Below, piece after piece: positions 42,355-52,224 of a stretch of DNA of 64,000 nucleotides (its first letter is position 1; each line of letters starts with the position of its first letter). This DNA comes from an uncultured bacterium (GTDB lineage: Bacteria > Babelota > Babeliae > Babelales > Vermiphilaceae): NCBI GenBank assembly GCA_963702025.1, contig OY969699.1, positions 1 to 64,000 on the forward strand, read 5' to 3'. The position numbers were made by a program, and so were the translations under genes. Under the pieces are notes generated by a model that saw only the letters and a list, made by a program, of their open reading frames with translations, was not told the DNA's origin and made no database searches.

Positions 42355-42606
42355 ATGTATATGTTGTTCAAAAATTCTCGTGTGCGCCGCCGATTGGTTG
42401 TGCGCAATCCTATGACTATCAAAATTGCTCTTCCTTTGGATGATCATCGTAAGCTTGAGGCCTTTGTTGCATTGTTGGCACAAATAGATAAGCGCAATAA
42501 AGCAAACGGCAAAGACACCAAATCAAGAGATCCAACCAAAGCTAAAGATGCCTTCTTAAGGCAATATAGAAAAGGCTCACCTTTAAGTGGGCCTATTTTT
42601 TTTTAA
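42355..42606 (+). CDS. Small hypothetical protein (start uncertain)
   Basis: ORF track; LEAFVALLAQIDKR helix. Confidence 0.4.
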   Translation: MYMLFKNSRVRRRLVVRNPMTIKIALPLDDHRKLEAFVALLAQIDKRNKANGKDTKSRDPTKAKDAFLRQYRKGSPLSGPIFF

Positions 42607-42663
42607 CAATTGTTATACTGTTTTAAAAGTTTTACTCAACTCTACATATGTAAAGGAATCATC

Positions 42664-43314
42664 ATGAATAAATATATTGCTCCCCTACTTTTAATTTGTT
42701 GCACTTCAACAAACTTTTGTATGGAATCACTTAAGTATGCATATCCTTTATGCCAAGCAGCAAGTCAAAATGATGTAACAAAAGCACGAGAACTCATAGG
42801 ATTGGGAGCGCATCCTGATAGAATACCTGGCGGTGATGATCGCACACCATTATGGTATTCAGCGGTTAATGGGCATGTTGAAATGATTAAATATTTGCAT
42901 TCTATAGGCGTAGCTCTTAATGGATATTCTGGAGGAGCCACGGCATTATATGCCGCAGCCATGAAAAATCATGTACAAGCAGCTCGCGCTTTAGTTGATG
43001 CGGGTGCAGATGTGAATGCTGGATTTCCTAATGATAAACCAATTTTAGTTGCTGCATCATCAGGAAGTATTGATGTGATAAAATATCTTATTAGTTTGCC
43101 TAAGGTTAACATCAATCAAAGAGATAATGGCAGCTATACCCCTCTTTGGTATGCCTCATTTAAAGGACACTTGACAGTAGTACAAGCTTTAGTTGAAGCA
43201 AAAGCGGATTTAACTATAAAAGGTTTTGATGGTAACACACCATTAAGCATTGCCAAAGAAAAAAAACATGAAGCCATCGCTCAATATTTAGAACAAAAGC
43301 TTCTATCTGAATAG
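42664..43314 (+). CDS. Secreted ankyrin-repeat protein
   Basis: 5-6 ankyrin repeats (TPLWYSA, TALYAAA, TPLSIA); signal peptide ending NFC-ME. Confidence 0.92.
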   Translation: MNKYIAPLLLICCTSTNFCMESLKYAYPLCQAASQNDVTKARELIGLGAHPDRIPGGDDRTPLWYSAVNGHVEMIKYLHSIGVALNGYSGGATALYAAAMKNHVQAARALVDAGADVNAGFPNDKPILVAASSGSIDVIKYLISLPKVNINQRDNGSYTPLWYASFKGHLTVVQALVEAKADLTIKGFDGNTPLSIAKEKKHEAIAQYLEQKLLSE

Positions 43315-43433
43315 CGTTAAAATTTTCTGAAAGTATAAAGAAAAAGGCTCACTTTTAAGTGGGCCCTTTCTTTTCTTAATAAATAAACTATCCTGCATTA
43401 TTGATCTTATAATCTTCAGCTTGGTATATACAT

Positions 43434-44624
43434 ATGATCGATACGGTAGTTCTTCTTCTTCCTCCAGATACATTCACTATTAGCAATCCAGATAAATTTG
43501 TGCCATCCTACTTCGCCAAGGCTACGAAGGACGGGTCCGCACGAAATAATTCCTATTATATGCATGGTATGCATGCAAAGCAGAACCCCACTAAGAAAGA
43601 ATTAGCCGCTGGCATATATAAGCCCAGGCTAACTTTGTTTTATAGTTTTCCCCACAAACAGGTAATGTTGAAAATCGAACTCTCACTACCCAAGCTCTTT
43701 TATGGCAATAATTTTCAAGAGCTTAAAGGGAAAGATCTGCAGCCTATTTTACAAAAGCTTTCATCAATTTTAGGCCAAATGGAGGTTATTGCGGATCTTA
43801 AAGAGCTGAGCAAAGCTCAAGTAAGTAGCGTTCATTATTCCAAGAATATTGCCCTCACCGATGGATCAACTCCTTATCACTATATTCAAAAGATCAAAGA
43901 GTCGAATATCAAGATGAGCCTTGATGTAAATCAAACCGATTATCGCAATGAAGGCCATAGCTATAAATGGCACTGCAATTCATATGAGGTGGTCTTTTAT
44001 GATAAGATTAAGGATCTTGAAAAAGCAAAACAAAGCGATAAACGAACAATAGAAAAAGATAGTGCATTGCAATTGAATTTATTCCCAAAGTTTGGGCAAC
44101 GTGGATTCGGCGGGCTCACCATGAAACGGAAACTGGAAATCTTACGCATGGAAGTGCGATTAAATAAGCGGCAAAAAATTAAACAGCTTTTCAATAAGCT
44201 GGGCATTAGATCAGACTTATCTTTTAAAAGCCTTTTTAAGCCCGCTATCTCAAAGAAGATCCTGCTTCATTATCTTTATGAATTAGAAAGCAAACGGCCA
44301 GCCCTGCTTGATTATAAAATATCTAGCGATAAGGGATTGCTCACTGATCTTATATTAAATAACCCCGAACTAGGATCAAAAAGAATTTTGCAAATATATG
44401 GGCTGGCCAAAGCACTGCAGATAGTTAATCTGCGTGAATTAAGAGCTATGTTTGCAGGAAGATGGCGCAGCCAAACGAAGCTCCGCAGGAGCGAAGACTG
44501 GTATCGGCTAATGGCTAATGCGAAAGGGGTAAAACTACCGGGAATTCGAAGCCCTTTTGGGGCAATTAGGGATCACATAGCAAAATTTAAGCCTTTAAAG
44601 ATTAATCAAAGCCTAAAGAGCTAA
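43434..44624 (+). CDS. Rolling-circle-type replication initiator (gpII/CRI-like)
   Basis: MIDTV start, IELSLPKLFYGNN, VHYSKNI, VFYDKIKDL and LRMEVRL motifs. Confidence 0.65.
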   Translation: MIDTVVLLLPPDTFTISNPDKFVPSYFAKATKDGSARNNSYYMHGMHAKQNPTKKELAAGIYKPRLTLFYSFPHKQVMLKIELSLPKLFYGNNFQELKGKDLQPILQKLSSILGQMEVIADLKELSKAQVSSVHYSKNIALTDGSTPYHYIQKIKESNIKMSLDVNQTDYRNEGHSYKWHCNSYEVVFYDKIKDLEKAKQSDKRTIEKDSALQLNLFPKFGQRGFGGLTMKRKLEILRMEVRLNKRQKIKQLFNKLGIRSDLSFKSLFKPAISKKILLHYLYELESKRPALLDYKISSDKGLLTDLILNNPELGSKRILQIYGLAKALQIVNLRELRAMFAGRWRSQTKLRRSEDWYRLMANAKGVKLPGIRSPFGAIRDHIAKFKPLKINQSLKS

Positions 44625-44722
44625 TGGAGCCATTTTCAAGCAGTCTTGACTTTCATTGGAATTATGCCAAACTGAATAATAACATAAAGAATTATACGCC
44701 TAATTGTCTAAATGGAGAATTT

Positions 44723-45595
44723 GTGAAAAAGCTTTTATTTTTTTTACTTATAACAACTTCTTTTACACCAATATATACAATGCAAAAAACTACAATTCCA
44801 TCCTGTATTGGGTATACAATTGCAGGTACCCAACTCTTAAAGGACAGCATAGGCCACTACTTGTCCTGTGATTCTCTGTTAAAACAACCTAAACCAGACA
44901 AAACAGTATCCGACTTTTTAGAATCATATATTCCAGCAACAGGATATACAGAACCTCTTCATATTAGATTATATTTTTGGCTTTCAGGACCCCAAATGGG
45001 ATCATTTAAGGGGAACATTATTATAATATCAAATTATGCGCACAATGATATACGCTCACTGTTAGAAAAACAACAAAAAGTAGCCCCTGTAGCTGAATTA
45101 TCAGAAATTCAAAAACAGCTTGATGGTTATGGTGCTCTATTTCAGCATGAAATAGGCCATCTAAAAAACAACGATGTACACAAAAGAGTATATTTAACAC
45201 TCGCAGTATCACTCAGCTCTTTAGGCATTTCTCATCTTTTAAATCAATGCCTATTTAAAAAGCAAATTACTACGCTGTCGGGCAATGTTGTATGGGGTAT
45301 CTGCATAACTCTTATTAATTTTCTTATCACCAAAGAAATTAATAAAAAACTTGAATTGCAAGCAGATAAAAGCATACCCGCAAATAAAAAAGTACTAGAA
45401 GGTTTTAGAAAATTCATGGCGCAATTGGATGAGCGAGAAAAATCGGTAATAGCAGCAATAGGAAAAAACAATTCTCCCTTTATTGCTCAACTCAAAAGAA
45501 ACACATTGAAATTCATAATTGATTGCTTCGAGGATCATCCCTCGTACGAAGATCGAATAGCCCGCATTGATGAACGACTCGGAAGCATTAAATGA
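44723..45595 (+). CDS. Secreted M48-like zinc peptidase
   Basis: HEIGH, ELQAD, DHPS...RI; GTG start after GGAG. Confidence 0.8.
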   Translation: MKKLLFFLLITTSFTPIYTMQKTTIPSCIGYTIAGTQLLKDSIGHYLSCDSLLKQPKPDKTVSDFLESYIPATGYTEPLHIRLYFWLSGPQMGSFKGNIIIISNYAHNDIRSLLEKQQKVAPVAELSEIQKQLDGYGALFQHEIGHLKNNDVHKRVYLTLAVSLSSLGISHLLNQCLFKKQITTLSGNVVWGICITLINFLITKEINKKLELQADKSIPANKKVLEGFRKFMAQLDEREKSVIAAIGKNNSPFIAQLKRNTLKFIIDCFEDHPSYEDRIARIDERLGSIK

Positions 45596-45818
45596 GCTCT
45601 ATAAGTGCAAAGCATTTACTCTTTATGATTTAAACATTTGAGTTTTCATATTAATTAAGTGTCGCACCATAAGGAAATACAATATTAATGCGTTATTAGG
45701 CACTTGGTAATGCAGGTAAAAGACCGTCTAAGGCTCGTAAAGACATAGAAATATTTTGCTTTCCCTTTAAACTGCTACCTGGTTCTGAACACTTCAACCA
45801 TCCAGCAGGTATACATTC

Positions 45819-47353
45819 ATGAAAGCAATTCTCATCGCACGTGTAAGCACGGAAGAACAAAAAGAAGCCGGCAATTCATTACCAGCTCAAGTGATGCGAC
45901 TGGAGCGCTACTGCCAAAATAAAGGCTTTGCAATCATTAAAACATGCAGTTTTGGTGAAAGTGCTTATTCAGATAATCGCGATGAGTTTGATCGCATTCT
46001 TGATTTCATTATTGAGCAAAAAGAAAAGATTGTAGTCTGTTGTGATAAAGTTGATCGCTTAACTCGAAATGTATTTGATAAGCGTGTTTCGTTTCTTTAT
46101 GAAAAAGCACTCAAGGATGAACTTGAATTACATTTTGTATCCGATGGACAGATTGTAAATAGCAGAATCTCTGCCGTTGAAAAATTCCAATTTAATATCA
46201 GCTTAGGATTGGCACGTTATTATTCAGATGCCATTAGCGATAATATTAAGCGCGCCATTGAACAAAAGCTCCGCAAAGGAGAATGGCCCGCCAAAGCATC
46301 TTTTGGCTATCGCAATATCACGCGTGAAGATGCAAGAAAGATATCATTGTGGATGAATTTCAAGCAGCTATTGTGCAAAAGGTATTTGAACTCTATGCAT
46401 CGCGAGCATTTTCCATGGAATTACTGCGCGTTAAATTAAATAAAGATCATGGCTTAAAGTGGTCCAAAGGATTTACCGATAAGCTGCTTAAAGATAATTT
46501 TTATCATGGCATCATGGTATGGAATGGCAAAAGCCATCCACATCGCTATCCTCCTATTATCTCCAAACAACTTTTTGATCAGGTGCAAGCTGTGAAAACA
46601 GGATTTAATAAAAAGAAATTTAAATATGCAGGCAAGCCATATATCTATCGTGGCATGATTCGCTGCGCCGATTGTGGCATGTCTATTGCCCCTGAAAAAC
46701 ACAAGGGCTTTGTGTATTACCATTGCACGCAATACAATGGCAAGCATGATGCGAAATGGCTACGAGAAGAAGAGATTATCCGCCAAATAAGCGCTATCTT
46801 TAAGCGTCTTGAGATTCCCAAGGATGTGCTTAAACAAGTAACAGAAACGATAAACCAGACCAATCAAGATCAAATAGACTTTCATAATACCCACTATGAT
46901 AAGCTCATATCAAAGCAACGAGATCTATCTAAAATGCTCGATAATTTATACCTGGATAAATTGAAAGGGAGAATTACTGAGAGCGAATATGACAAATTTT
47001 ACACATCATTATATGCAGATGCCCAAGAAGTTACTACCCAACTTGCTCAATTACAACAGGCAGAAAATGATTATTATATCACTGCAAAATACGTTCTGGA
47101 TCTAGTAAGCCGAGCTCACGAACTTTTTATGAGTTCTGAAGTGGAAGAAAAGAGGCAGTTATTGAGGCTCGTACTTCAGAACCTAAGGCTTGAAGGTGAA
47201 AACCTGCTCTACGACGCAATAAAACCGTTTGATTTACTACTGGAATGTTCTGATCGTCAAGGATGGTGTAGCCTGCAGGACTATTTCCGCAACACTATCA
47301 TTGAAGATAGCATAGTATTTGATATCAGCCCATTTCTAACCGCATGCGCATAA
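45819..47353 (+). pseudogene. Large serine recombinase, single frameshift near 46332
   Basis: ARVSTEEQ, DKVDRLTRN, GYRN, Zn ribbon RCADCG..YYHC; restoring one base gives REDGKKDIIVDEF. Confidence 0.88.
47256..47276 (+). repeat. Candidate att site (right)
   Basis: Direct repeat of 39600-39620; similarity falls off after it. Confidence 0.6.
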
Positions 47354-47404
47354 AACGATTATAAAAATAAAAAAAATAACATCGTGAAAATAAGTATTGA
47401 CTTG

Positions 47405-47422
47405 TTAACCAAATTTAGTAAA
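47405..47422. promoter_or_regulatory. Palindromic operator next to TTGACT -35
   Basis: ttaaccaaatttagtaaa; second copy at 48513-48530. Confidence 0.65.
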
Positions 47423-47453
47423 TTTACTACCCGATACCTAAGGAGTAAGGACT

Positions 47454-47756
47454 ATGGATAGATTATCATTCGGCGAAACGGTTCAAGATCTTCGAAGAAA
47501 AAAACGATGGACTGTTAAAAATTTTATTGAGCATCTTGATCTGGATGTTTCACCTGCCTATATTACCAAGATTGAAATTCATGGCGAAATACCGAATCCC
47601 AATATTATTTGCAAGATAGCTGATGCATTTGATATGGATTATGAAGATCTTTTATCTACTGCCAAAACAGATAAAGTGAAATATTTTAAAGAATCTTTAG
47701 AAAAAAAATATGTACGAGCTGCGGGCTTATATCGAATACAACGGGAGATCAAATGA
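47454..47756 (+). CDS. XRE/Cro-C1 HTH repressor
   Basis: FGETVQDLRR, VSPAYITKIE..P. Confidence 0.88.
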   Translation: MDRLSFGETVQDLRRKKRWTVKNFIEHLDLDVSPAYITKIEIHGEIPNPNIICKIADAFDMDYEDLLSTAKTDKVKYFKESLEKKYVRAAGLYRIQREIK

Positions 47757-48490
47757 ACCATAATCATATTGCTAAAATCGCTTCTGCTTTTTTTGCAGAT
47801 CAGTGTTTTGAAATTTATAAACACGCAATGGGTTGGCAAAACCCGGAAGAAATGATCGTAAATGTTATGGAGATATATGACAATGTTATTTATCCCGAAT
47901 ACGAATTCTCTTTAGATATGAGTACTGATCTTGGCGAATATGAGAACCAAAAAGTATTAGGCAAAACAATGCCAAAAGAAAAGATCATCGCCATTGACCC
48001 GTCAATAGCACCTGCAACTAATGATCCACGATTTCCATTTACCATGGCACATGAAATAGGCCATGCGCTTCTTCATCAAAGCGAAAATATGCCATTGTGT
48101 CGGACCACCGCAAGCACTTTTGCCAATAAGCATGACCCACTTGAACGAGAAGCTAATGCCTTTGCTGTGCAATTATTAATGCCTTCTGATCTTGTACAGC
48201 ATCGGTTTCAAGAATATTATGGAAGACGATCATATCCATATGTAGGCCCACGAATGTATTGGATAAACGGAGAGAAAGTTTATATTCGCTCCCTGCTTCA
48301 TTTATGCCTTAAATTAGCAGCGCCATTAACACGTTATTTTTCGAACGTTTCTAAGGCAAGCCTTGCCTATACTTTACACAACATCGGGCTTATTGCTAAC
48401 CAAAAGAATGAAAAAATTGGGCCAAACGTTCTTTTCCTTCCAGAATCTTTTCTGAGCCCTGATTGCCATGATTTTTGCGATACAGAATGA
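47753..48490 (+). CDS. ImmA/IrrE family metallopeptidase
   Basis: FTMAHEIGHALLH, EREANAFA..LLMP; ATGA overlap with the HTH gene. Confidence 0.9.
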   Translation: MNHNHIAKIASAFFADQCFEIYKHAMGWQNPEEMIVNVMEIYDNVIYPEYEFSLDMSTDLGEYENQKVLGKTMPKEKIIAIDPSIAPATNDPRFPFTMAHEIGHALLHQSENMPLCRTTASTFANKHDPLEREANAFAVQLLMPSDLVQHRFQEYYGRRSYPYVGPRMYWINGEKVYIRSLLHLCLKLAAPLTRYFSNVSKASLAYTLHNIGLIANQKNEKIGPNVLFLPESFLSPDCHDFCDTE

Positions 48491-48512
48491 AATATATTTT
48501 TTTGTCAACTTA

Positions 48513-48530
48513 TTAACCAAATTTAGTTAA
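48513..48530. promoter_or_regulatory. Second operator copy
   Basis: ttaaccaaatttagttaa imperfect palindrome. Confidence 0.65.
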
Positions 48531-48542
48531 AAGGGTGTACTT

Positions 48543-48695
48543 TTGAAATACGATGCAGCAAAGAAAAATATTATAATCAATCATAATGAAATACCATTTT
48601 ATATCACCTACGAAGGAACCGATGGAAAAAAGGAGTACGTACTAAAGCCAAACAGCAAACGCTCAAAACTATCACTCAATAAAAAAGAATACTAA
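48543..48695 (+). CDS. 50-aa small protein
   Basis: TTG start after AAGGG; MKYDAAKKNIIINHNEIPFYITYEGTDGKKEYVLKPNSKRSKLSLNKKEY. Confidence 0.5.
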   Translation: MKYDAAKKNIIINHNEIPFYITYEGTDGKKEYVLKPNSKRSKLSLNKKEY

Positions 48696-48795
48696 GTAAA
48701 GCCAGCCAGCAAACGATTACGCGTTAATCAAGTAGCCAGCGAGCCAGCGATTGATCCTTACGGATTTAAAGCTGGCTTTATTTTTTGGTAATGAG

Positions 48796-48966
48796 ATGCC
48801 AACAAAAAACAATCACCAAACAACATTCCCAAGCAATTTTCCATCACAAGTAGATACCAGGCCGCTTATTGATCTATTTGCGCTCCTGCTTGAATGGGAA
48901 ATGAACGAAAAAGAAGAAACCGAACAGGAGCAGCCAAGCATTGTTGAAAGGAGCCAGAACCATTGA
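48796..48966 (+). CDS. Small hypothetical protein
   Basis: ORF track; LIDLFALLLEWE helix. Confidence 0.4.
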   Translation: MPTKNNHQTTFPSNFPSQVDTRPLIDLFALLLEWEMNEKEETEQEQPSIVERSQNH

Positions 48967-49061
48967 GATTAACACGCAGTCTTAGAAAACAAGCAAAAAT
49001 AAATTAATAAAAAAGCCACTTAGGCGTTGAAGCTAAGTGGCTCAAAATAGAGAGTTTTATT

Positions 49062-51455
49062 ATGACTAATTATAGCGTAAAAAGCCGCGATTTAAAAGCA
49101 GAATGTGCGCAACATATGGCAGAAAATGGCTTGCCAATAACTGAGCCAATTATTGCTGATGATAAGATTCATCGCTATTCAGCAGACAACAAAAAGAATG
49201 AAAGAGATGAATGGTATATTGCGCATGAGGGGATTTCAACAAAAGGCAATCCCTATTTAGTATGCTCATATGGCTCATGGAGCGCGGGTTCTAAGCATGA
49301 ATTTAAATCATTCAATCAATCCAACCCATTCGATGAGCATGAGCAAAAAGAATTACATACCTGGGTAAAAAGAAAAAAAGAAGAAGCTGAAAATCAATTA
49401 AAAGACGCACAGAATGATGCGGCAGCAGTAGCCACTATCATATGGCAAAAATCGGCTGATACGCCTCTTTATGATGAATGTTTGGATTATGCAAAAGCAA
49501 AAGGGATTACTCCCGGCAAAATAAAATATGGGACCAATCCCAATGGATTCCCGGCAATAATTATCGATATAAGAAATACAGCAAATGAAATACGTTCGTT
49601 GCAATTTATTTCGATGGGCAGCGATAACAAATCATATAAAACATTTTTAAGCGAGGGAGAGAAAAGGGGCAATTTCCACATTATTGGAGAAGCTCTTGAT
49701 GGAGCACCAATTTATCTTGTTGAAGGCTATGCAACCGGCGCAAGCGTTTATGCAGCTACAAATATGGCAACCGTTGTAGCCTTTGATGCGGGCAACATAG
49801 ATCCCGTTGTGGAAAATATAAAAAAGAAGTTTCCAAACAGCGCAATAACAATTGCCGGAGATGCGGATGAAATTGGCAGAAAAAAAGCATCTGAAGCAGC
49901 AAAAAAATTTGGATGCCGTATTGCTTTCCCAGAATTTCCTGAAGATAAAAAGAAAGACCATACCGGCAAAGATTACAAAGATTTTAATGATTTGCATCAG
50001 ATGTGTGGACTCAATGAAGTTCATGAACAACTTCAAAAAGCAGTTCCCATCATCACTGCGCAAGATGAACTAAGAGCATTAGCAGATACCTTAACGGAAA
50101 AAGAAGATCCGTGTGCATATTTTAATGTATCGGATCTTCCCGAGCCATTGAGAGATTATATCGCGACGCTCTGTCAAACCACTGATGCGCATCCAATCAT
50201 GATAACCTGCTCGGTATTAGCAACCGTCTCGGGATTTTTAGGAACGCGCGTATACATTCCAAAAGGATCTTATTATCAAACACTCTATCCCAATTTGTGG
50301 TTGCTCTGCGTCGCAAAAAGCGGCCAGCATAAAACTACTTCTTTAAATAATGGCGGTGAAATTGCATTTGAAAAGCAAGCGCAGATATTTGATGTCATCA
50401 AGTTTCTTGAATCGGAGCTTAAAGAGACTGATGATCAAGCAAGAAGAAGTGAATTGATGCAAGCAATACTCAATGAATCTTTAAAGAGTGTCATATTGCC
50501 AACCAGAACATCCGTGGAAGGATTAATCCAGCATCTGGCTAAAGGCCATCAGGGCATAATTTTTGCCAGTGAATTTGGCGCATGGCTTCAAAATTTGGCA
50601 AAAAATCACAACACTGATTTAAAGGGGATTCTCACCGATTTTTTTGATGTCCCCACAAGTTGGCGCAATCTCACAAAAACACAAGGTGATGATATTGTAT
50701 GCAGGCCATATCTTTCCATTTGTGGGGTTTCAACGCTGGCATGGTTAAGGGGCAATCTTGATCCAACAGATGTAGCAACTGGTTTTTTTGCGCGCTTTCT
50801 CATTTTTGCGCCGCCTCATTTTGATTCAATCCCATCGGGCTTGCCCAAGCCCACTCAAATGGCACAGCAGACTGCCAAAGATAATTTTAAAAATGTTCTG
50901 GATACTATCTTACAAGCGATTGGGCAAGAGCGAAGATTGATTCTATCCGAGGATGCTCAGATAGTTTTTGACAATCCCGTTGATAACAAAGGATTGCATC
51001 AAAAGATCTATGTTATTGCCAAATCATATGATGATAAGTGCCAAGAAATATTAGCCCCGTATCTGAAGCGATGGAGCCCTTATTTACTTAAACTGGCAAT
51101 AATCATGCAACTTTTTGATGACCCCGAATCAACTGAAATAGAACCCAAAGCACTTTTGGCAGCTCTATCTATTCTGGTTCCTGCAATAAAATCAACCGCC
51201 TTTCTCTGGGCAAGTGAACTAGGAGAATCGGAACATCAGCGCAAATGCCGCATTGTTCTTGAGTGGATATGTCAAAAAGTTAAAGATACCGGCAATCCAA
51301 TTAAAAGGCAGAGCATCCTCGCATCAAAAAAATTAGCCGGCGGGGTTACCGAATATGATTATGTATTATCGTCTTTGGTTGAGCAAGGGAAGCTTAAATA
51401 CGATGAGCAAAAACCAAAAAATGAATCGTTATATAGCCCAAAAGAAAATAGTTGA
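49062..51455 (+). CDS. TOPRIM primase fused to DUF3987 (helicase-like) domain
   Basis: LVEGYATG, VAFDAGN, AGDAD, DFNDL; AKSGQHKT P-loop variant, SEFGAWL, GFFARFL. Confidence 0.88.
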   Translation: MTNYSVKSRDLKAECAQHMAENGLPITEPIIADDKIHRYSADNKKNERDEWYIAHEGISTKGNPYLVCSYGSWSAGSKHEFKSFNQSNPFDEHEQKELHTWVKRKKEEAENQLKDAQNDAAAVATIIWQKSADTPLYDECLDYAKAKGITPGKIKYGTNPNGFPAIIIDIRNTANEIRSLQFISMGSDNKSYKTFLSEGEKRGNFHIIGEALDGAPIYLVEGYATGASVYAATNMATVVAFDAGNIDPVVENIKKKFPNSAITIAGDADEIGRKKASEAAKKFGCRIAFPEFPEDKKKDHTGKDYKDFNDLHQMCGLNEVHEQLQKAVPIITAQDELRALADTLTEKEDPCAYFNVSDLPEPLRDYIATLCQTTDAHPIMITCSVLATVSGFLGTRVYIPKGSYYQTLYPNLWLLCVAKSGQHKTTSLNNGGEIAFEKQAQIFDVIKFLESELKETDDQARRSELMQAILNESLKSVILPTRTSVEGLIQHLAKGHQGIIFASEFGAWLQNLAKNHNTDLKGILTDFFDVPTSWRNLTKTQGDDIVCRPYLSICGVSTLAWLRGNLDPTDVATGFFARFLIFAPPHFDSIPSGLPKPTQMAQQTAKDNFKNVLDTILQAIGQERRLILSEDAQIVFDNPVDNKGLHQKIYVIAKSYDDKCQEILAPYLKRWSPYLLKLAIIMQLFDDPESTEIEPKALLAALSILVPAIKSTAFLWASELGESEHQRKCRIVLEWICQKVKDTGNPIKRQSILASKKLAGGVTEYDYVLSSLVEQGKLKYDEQKPKNESLYSPKENS

Positions 51456-51726
51456 AACAGTTGAAAAGAGTTGAAACAAGAATCAACTTTCAAAGCGCCG
51501 ATCTGAAGCGCATTAATAACAATTTTAATAGGAAGTTGAAAAATTGAAAGAAGAGGAAGGCGAAACCGCTCGCCCTGAGCTGGTCGAAGGGTGTGAGCCA
51601 AATAAAAATCAGAGCCCGGATTTCTTCAACTTTTCAATCGCTATCAATTCTATATGCCGGACATTCGATCAAAAGCACCAATTAAGCGGTTGAATGATCA
51701 CCCAACTATCTTCAATCGTTTCAACT
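51451..51726. repeat. Iteron-like GTTGAA direct and inverted repeats (candidate origin)
   Basis: GTTGAAA at 51451, 51460, 51470, 51535; inverted TTCAAC copies near 51625 and 51720. Confidence 0.6.
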
Positions 51727-51738
51727 AAGGAGAACCAA

Positions 51739-52224
51739 ATGAGCACTCTTAAAGAACATACAAGAAACTTTGATAAAGCATTCTTTTTGGAATCATTTCC
51801 CGATAACAATAAGCTCAAACCAGCTGTAAAAAGACCGCCTTCCATTCCTGCTAAAATTGATAATCAAATCAAAGCACCTACTATTGTTAAACTTGCGCCT
51901 GTAATCCCCGCAAAACGAGAAGACTCAGCTCTTGAAACACAATCAAAATGGAGCACAGAAGATCAAGCCTTAATTGATTTGTTCCACAAAAATAAAAGCC
52001 GTTTGCCGCTTAAGCCCTATATCTTAACATATAAAGATGGGTATCTTGAATTCCCTTTACATGTGAATTATCCGGCCGAATGGTACACTAAGCTTGAAGA
52101 ACAAATTACGCAAGGGCCTCAAGGAGATCGCGTACAAAATGGGCTTTTGCAAAGAGATTTAAAAAAATTAACAGAGCATTTAGGATTGCTCAAAAATTCG
52201 GAGGTAATCAATGAGCGAAAATAA
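51739..52224 (+). CDS. Hypothetical protein
   Basis: AAGGAG RBS; overlaps the next gene. Confidence 0.6.
   Translation: MSTLKEHTRNFDKAFFLESFPDNNKLKPAVKRPPSIPAKIDNQIKAPTIVKLAPVIPAKREDSALETQSKWSTEDQALIDLFHKNKSRLPLKPYILTYKDGYLEFPLHVNYPAEWYTKLEEQITQGPQGDRVQNGLLQRDLKKLTEHLGLLKNSEVINERK

Larger units (their letters stand above)
39600..47276. mobile_element. ~7.7 kb integrated element: gene X, YhcG nuclease, RHH, ankyrin, RC-type Rep, M48, serine recombinase
   Basis: Bounded by 21-bp direct repeats lying within recombinase 3' ends. Confidence 0.6.
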
